DNA from: Balamuthia mandrillaris | Lineage: Eukaryota | DNA: 64,000 nt | Assembly: GCA_031835245.2 (NCBI GenBank) | Contig: JAVKOQ020000025.1 | Location: 1 to 64,000 of the forward strand | Direction of reading: 5' to 3' | Program-made: the position numbers and the translations under genes | Part shown: positions 1 through 10,075 of the stretch, in pieces | Layout: each line of letters begins with the position of its first letter | How positions within the stretch are numbered: position 1 is the first letter of the stretch | The notes under the pieces: generated by a model | The model's database searches: none | Told to the model about the DNA's origin: nothing | The model's input: the letters and a program-made list of their open reading frames with translations, nothing else

Positions 1-213
1 GATCCGTTTCGCAAATTGCGTTGTGTTCGCCAGAGCCCGGTGGAAAGGCGTTCTCCACGCGGATGTTGACTACGTCGCAGTCGATGCGGATGACGGCAAC
101 GATGAGTCCAACGCAGCTGCCACCGTCACCATCGTCACCTACAACCAACAGGACTGCATCGACATCCCTGACCTCGGCAGCACCTCCTCCTTCTTCGCTC
201 CTCCCACCCCTGA
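1..213 (+). CDS. Partial GC-rich coding-like segment, open from the window start and cut off by the Harbinger left end
   Basis: Frame 2 is open from base 2 (IRFANCVVFARARWKGVLHADVDY...FAPPTP) with C/G-ending codons and runs directly into the TIR; no family recognised. Confidence 0.4.
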
Positions 214-365
214 GGGGATTACAAATTTGGGTGTAAGGCGTAACACTGGGCTTACGCCATTTTATTTTTTTTGCCAACCGTAACAAACTCGCGTCCGGCG
301 TAAGGCGGAAAAAGCTTACGCCACGGCGTAAATATTTGTTGTGGCAGTAAAGAAGAAAATCTTTG

Positions 366-1172
366 TTAGAGATGATTTTTGCTGCGGTCAAAAAAGGCTG
401 CAAATGATCCTAGTGCCTCACGTATAGCAGCTTCGGTTTTCCTGCTTTCCTCTAGGTACTCAAGCTGGGCCTTGGCAAGTTTGGTAATTATTTCACGTGA
501 TTCCCTTGCTTGCTTGGCCTCCATCTCTGCTTCTTTCAGCCTTCTTTCTCTCTCTTTTGCCCTTTCTTTGGCTGCGTCCTCCACATCTTTCTTTGCTTCT
601 GCAATCTTCTTCTTTTTGGCACTATCGAGAACAGATTCTGACTTCTCCAGCTTCGTGATGATCTGTCTGGCCTCCTCTCTCTCCGCCATCAGTTGTTGAA
701 CCGTTGTTGCATGAGCTTCCTCCAGGCGGCGTTGCTTTGGTGCTGACTTGCCCAGCAAGCTCTGGCGATCAAACTCGGGGGGTTCCCAGTTTGAATTGTA
801 AAGGGTACTCTTTTTCCCCTTCAAGGTGCTATAGTGCTTGGCCACAGCTTTGCCATCACGTACTTTATTGCACAAGTGCAAACGCTGAAGTTGTTCTAGC
901 ATAAATTCCCACTTACCCTTTCCATGCTTTTCTATTAATTTGAGAAGTGTAAAGCTCTCTTGCCATGTCCAAGCAGGGCTACGGCCAGTTGATCTTCTCT
1001 TTCTTTTTGTCCCTCTCTTTTCTGCTGTGCTTGGTTTTGGTGCTTCCTTCTCCTTCTCTTCCTCTTTCTCCTCTTCCTCCTCCTCTTTTTCTTCCTCCTC
1101 TTCCTCTTCTGTCTCTACCTCTACTTCCTCTTCCTCTTCTGTTTCCTTTTGTTTTTCTCGTTGATCCTTCAT
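366..1172 (-). CDS. Harbinger-associated Myb/SANT-like DNA-binding protein
   Basis: Myb/trihelix-like segment AWTWQESFTLLKLIEKHGKGKWEFM..HYSTLK, basic NLS-like KRKRR, C-terminal coiled coil; intronless, inside the TIRs. Confidence 0.85.
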   Translation of the reverse strand: MKDQREKQKETEEEEEVEVETEEEEEEEKEEEEEEKEEEKEKEAPKPSTAEKRGTKRKRRSTGRSPAWTWQESFTLLKLIEKHGKGKWEFMLEQLQRLHLCNKVRDGKAVAKHYSTLKGKKSTLYNSNWEPPEFDRQSLLGKSAPKQRRLEEAHATTVQQLMAEREEARQIITKLEKSESVLDSAKKKKIAEAKKDVEDAAKERAKERERRLKEAEMEAKQARESREIITKLAKAQLEYLEESRKTEAAIREALGSFAAFFDRSKNHL

Positions 1173-1433
1173 TGCTTACTGTTTGTTGGTGTGGCACTGT
1201 TTTTTCAAGTACAAAATAAAAAAAGAGTGTTTATATTTTATTTGTTGACTGTATGAAAAAAGAATAATAATAAAATAAAAATGAAGGAAACAATGTTTTA
1301 AAAAAAAGGCAAAGCTTTCCTCTTGAGGAAAACATAGGAAAAAACAATCATAAAACAAAAGAATAATTATAGAATGAAAAAGAAAAAAAGGCAAAGCTTT
1401 CCTCTTGAGGAAAACGTTTCATAGCACAAAAGA

Positions 1434-2606
1434 ATGAAAAGAAAAAAGACCAGAGAAGGGAGAAAAAGAAGAGAGAACAAAAAGCATGGAAAGAAACGCA
1501 CAAGAAGAGTTAACGAAAGTTATTGCAGGCCTTTGCCAGTTGTTGCTATCATTGCTGGCAAGACAACGAAAGCAGTGTTGCTATCATTGCTGGCAAGACA
1601 ACGAAAGCAGCAGTTAATGCTTGCACTATGGTTCAACTTTTTGGAGGAGCAAGAAAAAAAAATAAGACGTTGGCGATGGAAATTAGGAAAGAGGAAGCGA
1701 AGAGAAAAGACAACAACAGAGAGAAAGAAACAAAAGACAAGAGGAACAATCAATGTCTTTGAACACCAGGGGTTTGAGCTTTACCCAGAAACAGGGCTCT
1801 ATCCAGAACAGTTCTATGATTTGTTAGCCAAGGTGGAACCACTGATATGTCAACCACGAACAGCAGCAAATGTTGGCCGTGTCACTCAAACGATGATGAC
1901 AACAGAGACTCGCTTGGTGATGGTCCTCAACTGGCTTCGTGAAGGGGGCACCTATCGAAGACTTGCACGACTGTATGGAGTAAACAAGGCCTTCGTTAGT
2001 AGAGAAATTCACCACATCATCCCCCTCTTGTATGCCACTCTGGACGAGATTCAACGCCCCTCGCGTTGGCCCACTTACTCCTTCTTCACTGTCAAGATAG
2101 CTGGAGCAATTGACTGCACTGCCCATTTTCGAAATCGTGTTCATCCAAAGCAAGCCAACTATTACCGACGTGACAAGCGAGGCTTCCTACTAACAGCGCA
2201 GGTTGTTACCTCCCTGGAAGGTGTTTTGTTAGATGTGCACTTTGCGCTTGGCCATAACAATGATCAAGGAACGTATGCACTTACCGGGATGAGAGCTTTT
2301 CTTCAAGGCAACGGACTAAAGCTACTTGCAGACGGAGGATACAAAGACGTCGTCAGCCTAGTGTGCCCTGATGACAAGAAAGGCCGCTCTTGGAACAACC
2401 AACAAAAGGCGCTGCGCTCTGTTGTGGAAGTGGCGATCGGCATGGTTCAGCACTATTCCTATGCTGCGCAAAAAGCTCAACAAACTCCTGAGCTTCAAGC
2501 ACTCGCCCTTATGTGCTGCTATCAACTCGCCAACATCAACCTCAAGCGCTTTCCTCTTCGTCAGCTCCCCCCTCCTTCTTCTGCCATCTCCCTTGTTGAA
2601 GACTAA
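1434..2606 (+). CDS. Harbinger/HARBI1-like DDE transposase (DDE_Tnp_4 type); true start may be downstream (Met ~1617)
   Basis: HTH region (LVMVLNWLREGGTYRRLARLYGVNKAFVSR) and catalytic-type motifs GAIDCT, GHNND, LLADGGY, RSVVEVAIG. Confidence 0.92.
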   Translation: MKRKKTREGRKRRENKKHGKKRTRRVNESYCRPLPVVAIIAGKTTKAVLLSLLARQRKQQLMLALWFNFLEEQEKKIRRWRWKLGKRKRREKTTTERKKQKTRGTINVFEHQGFELYPETGLYPEQFYDLLAKVEPLICQPRTAANVGRVTQTMMTTETRLVMVLNWLREGGTYRRLARLYGVNKAFVSREIHHIIPLLYATLDEIQRPSRWPTYSFFTVKIAGAIDCTAHFRNRVHPKQANYYRRDKRGFLLTAQVVTSLEGVLLDVHFALGHNNDQGTYALTGMRAFLQGNGLKLLADGGYKDVVSLVCPDDKKGRSWNNQQKALRSVVEVAIGMVQHYSYAAQKAQQTPELQALALMCCYQLANINLKRFPLRQLPPPSSAISLVED

Positions 2607-2844
2607 AAATAAAAAATTAAATATTTTTCAGGCTTACGCCTTACGCGAGTTTGCAACACTTTTCGGTTTTTTTTTTTTTTCGGCGTAACACAAAATCCTT
2701 ACGCCGCCACCTGACTGCACCGGCGTAAGGATTTTTATCATTACGCCTTGCACCCAAATTTGTAAACCCCTCAGTGCGCACAACACAACGTCAACAAAAG
2801 GGAAACAAAAAAAGAGAAAAGAGCCGAGACGGTCGGACACGGAC

Positions 2845-4069
2845 ATGGAGAGTTGGCGGGGAGGCAAGAAGGTGGCGCTTCTGTTGGTTGGTTTGTTTTT
2901 GCTCGTGTCAGTCACTGTGGAACAACAACCACAAGAAGAACTTCGACTGGAAGGCAAAAACTATGTGGCAGTATTTCCGGAACGGTATCCCGCTCTGAGG
3001 CTCTACCCCAAAGACCCACAGACAGGCCAAGTGTACACAGACCACTACTTCTTGCTGGAGGTGGAGTATTCCGAAGAGAAGGCCGATTGTTGGTGTTGTC
3101 ATAACCCGGCCATGCCTCTCATCAGCGCTACTATCGACTGCAACAAAACAAACAAGTTGGTCCAGACGGATCTTAGGACTATAAATTGGACTACCTCATG
3201 GGACCCAGTCGTACCCCAACGTCTGATCTGGAGAAGCGTTGACTGGGTTGGTGACGCTGAGCTTTTAGCCATTTACGAAGCTAATCCTGAAGAAAGAACG
3301 GTTCCTCTGAGGTAACTTTAGTTTTGTTGCTCTCTAAAGCCGAAATACTTTTTATTCACCACAAAAAAACCACTTCAGCAATGGGCAAAAAGAACGAAAC
3401 TTGACGGTCAGTGCGAATAGCGTCAAATTTAGCGTACAGGTCAACAACTACAACGCAGTTCAACTCAGCGATGAAGAGCAAGAGCAAAAGTACTTCGCCA
3501 TTGCGTTTTACTTCTTGGCGTCGTTGAACAGAGAAGTCTACTGGACAGAGTGGGGCGCCTTCGAGCCAGACCTCGCCGGCATCAAGTCGCCTTACCAGGT
3601 GCCTTTGCGGATCCGAACGTTAGAACCACCGTTCCTCAACGTGACGTTCCTGCAAGCATTGTTCAACATGGCGGAACCCCCGAGCGTCTCCAAAGAGATT
3701 AACCCGAATGATACGTCCGAATGGGGCTTCGAGTACGTTGATCTCTATCAAGATGATCCCTACTTCATGCATGAAGGAGTAAGGACGGGGCAACGCCTCC
3801 ATGTGGTCTATCCGGCTGGTCAAAACATATTCTACGATCCTGACATCTCCATCCTGTTCGATGATGTCGGCGGTGAACAGACGGATGAAGGGGACGATGG
3901 TGACGAAGATACAGGCCGCATCATAGGCATTGTGGTTGGGGTTTTGTTGGGAGCACTATTGCTGTTATTTGTTGCAGGTGCCATCACCTTGGTCGTCCTG
4001 AAATATGTGCGCCCTAAACAAAATTTGGAGGAGTTGGGTGCTAGTTCTGGAACTGTTAACTTTAATTGA
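2845..4069 (+). CDS. Type I single-pass membrane protein, unknown function (2 exons, intron 3312-3378)
   Basis: Signal-peptide-like N-terminus; the GT..AG intron joins the two ORFs in frame; YDPDISILF then TM IIGIVVGVLLGALLLLFVAGAITLVVL and a short tail. Confidence 0.8.
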
Positions 4070-4125
4070 GCAGAAGTTTAACATTGTGTGCATGCTACTG
4101 TACATTCTTCTTTCCTTGCGGTTGG

Positions 4126-4815
4126 TTATATGTGTGTCTTGACTTTGACTACAACAACGCCTCCATTCTCCTTGAAGTGATATCCACGTTCAGTTAAGTA
4201 GTTTATCACCGCTGGTTTAATCCTTGGTTGTTTTCAACTCGTCAGCCCAGAAGCAGAGAAGCAGAGAAGAGAAGAAAGGCGTCGTACCGAGCGATACCAT
4301 GCTCAGAGTGATTGCCAATGCCTGTTATCACAGAAAGGTATGGTGCTCCATCGCTATGCCGCAGCCCACCTCTCCGGCCACGTTGATAGGCGACCGCATG
4401 CGCCGTCAACAATCGCTCTAACAACTGCAATGCAGCTGCCACATGTAAGCCATGCATGTCCACCGAGGAAGGCACGTTGATGATAGAGGGTGGAGGAGAG
4501 GAAGGTGAAAGAGAAGGAGCAGGAAACATAGCCTCACAAATTTGGTTGTGGGCTTCTTGAATCTTTCTGTCGTACTCCCTTCCTTTGCGCGAAAACTCAG
4601 CGGCTGCCTTTCCATCTCCTCTCAGATAGGCACGCGTTGCCTCCATAAAGTATCTTTTTCTTACTTCAGCATAGGACAGTGCCAACTGACGATAATCGCT
4701 GGCACTTTTCTTTTCACTGTTCAAAAAACAAACATAAGAATGAGAAAATATTGAAGCGAGAGTGAGAGAGAGTGAGAGAGTGAGAGAGTGAGAGAGAGAG
4801 AGCGAGCGAGAGAGC

Positions 4816-4864
<49 letters not shown>

Positions 4865-6876
4865 CGAGATATCCAGTACCAAGGGTCACTGCGATTACGA
4901 TTGCGCTTGGATCTGCCACGTACAACCTGGAACTGCTGTTGCTTTCTTCGCTCAATTCTCAATTGCTTACGTTGTTGACGACGACGGTCTTCTACTTGAA
5001 GCTCTTTACTTAGCTGTTGTGCCAATGCTAAATCTTTCTCAAACGTGGTCGAGTTTGCTTCTCGTTTTGTTTCTTCAGTTGTTTTTGCTTGTCTCATTGC
5101 TGCTGTGACGTATGGTGAAGCGGAGAAAGAAGAGGGCAAAGTAGATGTGTTGCGATGAGCCATCATAGCATTGGGATAGAGCGAACAAAGAGCCGAGATG
5201 GTCTTGCTCAAGTTCAACTGGTTGAACAAAAAAACTGATTCCAGAATCTCTGGATCGATGCAACGACCATACTGATCCACTAACTGCTGCAACTTTAACT
5301 TGGACGATAAGTCCGTCACTGAGTAGTTGCCATCAACTGCTTTGGGGTCCTCCCTCTGTGCTTCTGCTGATACAGCAGAAGGAAAAACGTATTGGTATCT
5401 CCGTTGAACAACTTGTGGGCCACTGGTGATAGAAGCAGACGAAGAAAAGGTGGACCACAACCCAGCGTTAAGCCGCTTCGTGCTATGTCCTTCAAAGTTA
5501 TTCCTTGGGGGTGTCATCGCGTCCGTTGTTGCATAGTTGCTGTTGTTATTAAGGGCTGCCTCTCCCTTCTCTTGCTCCGAAACAGGAAGAAGGGCATCTA
5601 TGGTGGCCTTCAAGTCGTCATTGTGGTGTTCCAAAACCAGTGCTAGGTTTGAACGATCCAACCACGGAAACATCTCCGCCAAAAGACGCAGATTACTCAT
5701 GAAGTCGCCCCCACTATCTGTCCCTTCCTGTTGTTGTTGATCGCAAGAGAGAAGTTGTGCCTCACCTTGCTCGGTCTCTTCGCTGCCTTCTAGTTGTTCT
5801 TCGTCTATTTCATATGCTTCTTCGTCTTCCTCATCGTCTTCTTCCACAGCTTCTTCAAGCTGTTGGTTTTCGTTGTCTTCTGCAATACTAGACAAAGTGA
5901 TGAGACATTCGATTGTTCGTTCCAAGTCACATGCGTTCTCCTCGTAAAGGCTTCGAAGAAGCTCTGCCTCAAACTCAGAAAACATCGACTGGATAAACTT
6001 CAATCTAGCTTCCAACATATCATCTTCGTCATCTTCTTGTCCCCTTTCTTCTGCTTTCTCTTTCAAATCTTTTCCTTTCGCTTCACTCCGTTGTTCTGCA
6101 ACGTCAACTTCCTGTGCTTCTCCCTTTATAGTTTGTTTTGTTGCTTCCTCTTTCTCATCAACTTCGTTGTTATGTGGCTGTGTCTCTTCTGTAGTTGTCT
6201 TCTCTCCAACGATACACGTGTCTTCGCTTCCTTCTTTAATGCTTGTCACCTCTTCTCCTGCCTCTCGTTCATTTTCTCCTTCTCCTCCATTCGCTTTTCC
6301 TTTTCTTCCTCGTCTTCGTCGTCTGCGTTTGTCTTTTTGTGGAGGCAACGCAGAGCCTCCCTGTTGTTCCCTCTGTTGTAGCCGCCGGGCAAGAAAGGCG
6401 TCTTCTCTTTCTTGCAGTTCCAGCTTTGTCTTCTCTTCCCTCTCCATCTGTTGCAGCAACGCCATGGCTACTTCTTCGTCCGTTAACAGCTTCTTGTCCT
6501 GGTCGTTCTCTTCTAGTGCTTGGTCGTCCTCGTTGGGTTTCGACTTCTTATCGAGCGCTCCCTCTGAACATGCCAAGTGATCCGCTTTCTCCTTCTCAAA
6601 GTTGAGCTCTTCCAATTCTTCCAAAGCTTTCTCCACTTGAAATTGGTGCTGAGCAAAGACCGCTTTTACTACCGTTTTTTCCAGGAACGGAAACATGTCG
6701 CAGAGAGATGCCTCCATTTGGGGTATGTTGATGATCACCGTTTTCTTCCCGCCGACGGCCATCACTTCTGCTGTCTCGTCGTCCACCATCAGAAAGCCAC
6801 CACCTTCTTTCTTCTTGTTACGCTGTTGATTGCTGGCACGTCTCTGTCTGCCTTTCTTCGATCGTCTGCTCGACAT
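4126..6876 (-). CDS. Multi-CUE + DUF1771 + Smr-domain endonuclease (Cue2/N4BP2-like), spliced
   Basis: Four CUE-like units (e.g. LCDMFPFLEKTVVKAVF, LAEMFPWLDRSNL), DUF1771-like ATRAYLRGDGKAAAEFSRKG, Smr motifs VDMHGLHV and VITGIGNHS, last exon IKPAVINYL..KTHI*. Confidence 0.85.
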
Positions 6877-7043
6877 TTTTTGACTTTTCCTGCGTTGGTT
6901 GAGGGAAAACTCTAAACTCCAAAAAACGAATCCTGGATCCTGGATTTGATTCCAATTGATGAGATTAACAAACTGCCTGTTCGTGTACTTCTGTTCTTCT
7001 TCGGTAACTTCTTTCTTTCTAACACTATTTTGCTGAGAATTAA

Positions 7044-7205
7044 GGGGTAACCTTACGCTAAAGAACTATGTCTCCCTCTAAACGACTATTCTCTGTGGAC
7101 CAATTCTGTAGCTCTCCATAGCACAAATTTCAAACAAAAAAGGAAATAAAATTGAGACTCGAGGTATGTGAAAGAAACGTCCTGAATGGGAGACCCGGTT
7201 ACCCC
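7044..7205. mobile_element. Possible short MITE-like element
   Basis: GGGGTAACC (7044-7052) ... GGTTACCCC (7197-7205) inverted pair; TTAA on the left only. Confidence 0.25.
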
Positions 7206-7564
7206 AATTCTTTTCAGGACAACATAAGGAAGCGGAAATCCTCGTTCGTTGTCCTAATTCCTAAATGAATGAAGCGCGGTAATGAGTAACGGCCATATGC
7301 GTGCCTTATGTAACATAAAAGAACAAGTGTTTTAGGTTACGCCTCACTCATAAAAACGGTGTGCGGGAAAGAGGAATAGCAGTATCGGGCGGTGCAAGTC
7401 TCCGCGAAAAAAAAAAAAAAAACAGCAGCTGCTCTCGCTCTTTTATTGACAAAAAGTGCCAGGTCAGGAGGAAGAAGATACGAGGGTAACTTTGAGCTGT
7501 TGGGCTAAAATAAAGATAAAATAATTATAGGAAGCTTTGTTCGGCTTAACGGGAAGAAACAATA

Positions 7565-9216
7565 ATGGGCGCCTGCGCTTCTCAACCGACTACTCCCGAA
7601 CAAAAAGTAGCGGCACAAAACTCCAAAAAGATCGACCAAGATATACAAAAGGACAAAAAGAGTCTGTTCCGCTTCCACCACCCCTTGCTTTCTTCTTTCT
7701 TTTTCTCTTTCTCCTCTCGGCATCTCTCTCATCTTCGCTGTTCATCCTTTTATTTCTCTTTTAAATATTTGTTTTGAAAAACAACCAAAACTAACAAAGA
7801 ACCACAGAGAATGCCAGAGAAGTGAAGCTGTTGCTGCTGGGCACCGGCGCTTCCGGCAAAAGCACGGTCGCCAAACAGATGCAAATCATTTACCTCAACG
7901 GTTTCGCGGAGGAAGAGAAGAAGGACTACAAACGGCTCTGTCAGCTCAACATCGCCGTCAACATGCAGGCCCTCCTTGGCGGCATGAAGAAGCTCTCCAT
8001 TTCTTTGGCCGATTCCTCTTTGTCTGTGCGTTTTTCCTCTCTCTCGCTCTCGCCATCCCTCTCTCCCTCTTTCTCTTTCGTTTTCGTTTATTTCTCATTT
8101 TGTTGTTTCTTTCCCGACGTGGTATCGTGTTAAAGTCTGAGGCGGACGTGATAAGTTTTATAGACGTGAATGACGAAAACTTTGAGTTGAGCAAAGCCAG
8201 TCTGGACAGCATAAAGCGGCTGTGGGAGGATGATGGCGTTCAAACTGCCTACAAACGTTCCAACGAGTTTTCTTGCAGCGACAATATCGACTAGTACTTA
8301 TTTCTTTCCCTTTGTTTCTCCTCTTACCTCTGTTCTTGGATTACCTTTGGTCATAGCTATTTGCCCTTTTTTTTTTGTCATCTTCTTCGTTCCCTTCTTG
8401 TTCTTGTTCTTGTTCTTGTTCTTGTTCTTGTTCATGTGCTTCTTCTTCTTGTTCTTCTTCTTCTTCTTCTTCTTCTTCTTGTTCTTGTTCTTCTTGTTCT
8501 TCTTGTTCTTCTTGTTCTTCTTCTTCTTCTTCTTCTTCTTCTTCTTCTTCTTCTTCTTCTTGTGCTTCTTCCTGTCGTCTTCTTCTTCCTCGTCGTCTTC
8601 TTCTTCCCCCTCTCTCTCTTTCCAGCTCTTTCAGTTGACATGATTGCATTTAGCTTCTTCACAGACATGGACCGATTCTTGAAGTCGGACTACGTTGTTT
8701 CAACGGAGGACATTTTGAGGGCTAGGAAGAAGACAACCGGCGTTTTGGAGATCTTCTTCTCAAACGGTGATCTTGATTTTAGGTCGGTTCATTTCTTTTT
8801 TTCTTCCTTTTGACTTTTCTTTTTTTCTCTCCCACTCGCTACTGCTTTGCCACTGTTTGGTCTGCTTTTTGACCAACAAACAACCTACCAAAACCTCCAT
8901 ACAAAGACTGGTGGATGTGGGAGGACAAAGAAACGAACGAAGGAAATGGATTCACTGCTTCGAGGACGTGACGGCGATCATCTATGTGGCTGCATTGAGC
9001 GAATACGATCAAGTTTTGGAGGAGGAAGAGAGCGTGAACCGGATGCAAGAGTCGCTCGAACTGTTCGAAGACACCATCAACAACGCGTGGTTCCAAGAAA
9101 CTCCCATCATTCTTTTCTTGAACAAGAAGGATATCTTTGAGGAAAAGCTTGCCGAGAAGGACCCTGCTGACTATATTAACGTTCGTTTCTCTCTCCCTCT
9201 CTATTTATTGTTTATC

Positions 9217-9257
<41 letters not shown>

Positions 9258-9513
9258 GGTCTGGCTCTCCGTTATTCTTTTTTAACTCGTGTTGTTTTTC
9301 CACTTTGGGTTTCAACAGGGATATAACGCTGGAAAGGATCTGGACCGCGCATTGAAGTTTTTCAGGAAGCTCTACACCGATAAGAACAAATCCAAAGGCA
9401 GAGATATCTACGTTCACGAGACAACAGCAACGGACACTCAAAACATCATCACTGTGTTCAACGCTGTGCAGGACATCTTCGTCAAAGAGGCAATCGACCA
9501 GACCGGATTTTAA
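7565..9513 (+). CDS. Heterotrimeric G protein alpha subunit (multi-exon)
   Basis: MGAC myristoylation/palmitoylation-type start, [44 protein letters not shown]. Confidence 0.97.
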
Positions 9514-10075
9514 AAGAGAAGAAGAAAGAAAAGCTTTTGTCCTTGTTGTTTTGTTAGTTTGTGTTAATTAAGGTAGTTCTAGTTTTTTTTTTTGTTTCTA
9601 AAAAAAATCTGAATTGCATGACAGAGAGTTATGAAGACGATGGAAGAGGGTACCCTCCCCTACTTTACAGAGGCAGTCCTCCTCTCCTCCTGCAAAGAAA
9701 CTTTCACCAGATCCGTTATAGCTATTTGATCGATCTATACTCATTCTGTTTGAGGGTCATTTGTCTACAGAAAAATTTCATTTGTTGAGGGGTGTGTTGA
9801 CCTAATTGGACAAAAAAATGCCTGTTAACGAGGAACACTGCTTGCTTTTCATCAGCGTAAAACGCACTGACTGCAAGCGATACCAATAGATGAACAAGCG
9901 CCTAGGCTGGGATGATGTTGCTCCGTGATTTGCTAACCCTAAACAACCCGAAACTGATGACATCAGCAAGGCGCATTACTGTCGACATTTAATACATTCA
10001 CAAAAAAAAAAAAGGAGCCAAAGGAGAGGAAGGCGTTACAAGCAACAAACAACAGGTTAAAGGAGAAAGCGGAGA

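Larger units (their letters stand above)
214..2770. mobile_element. PIF/Harbinger DNA transposon, apparently autonomous (Myb/SANT gene plus DDE transposase, divergently oriented)
   Basis: TIR GGGGATTACAAATTTGGGTGTAAGGCGTAA (214-243) matches the reverse complement of 2741-2770 with 2 mismatches in 30; subterminal TTACGCC/GGCGTAA arrays at both ends; two-ORF layout typical of the superfamily. Confidence 0.93.

Noticed and set aside
8230..8813. Poly-F/L/S/E/R ORFs here and at ~42190-42913, 45119-46197, 52332-53476 and 54036-54429
   Set aside because: Translations of stop-free intronic or UTR microsatellites, not genes
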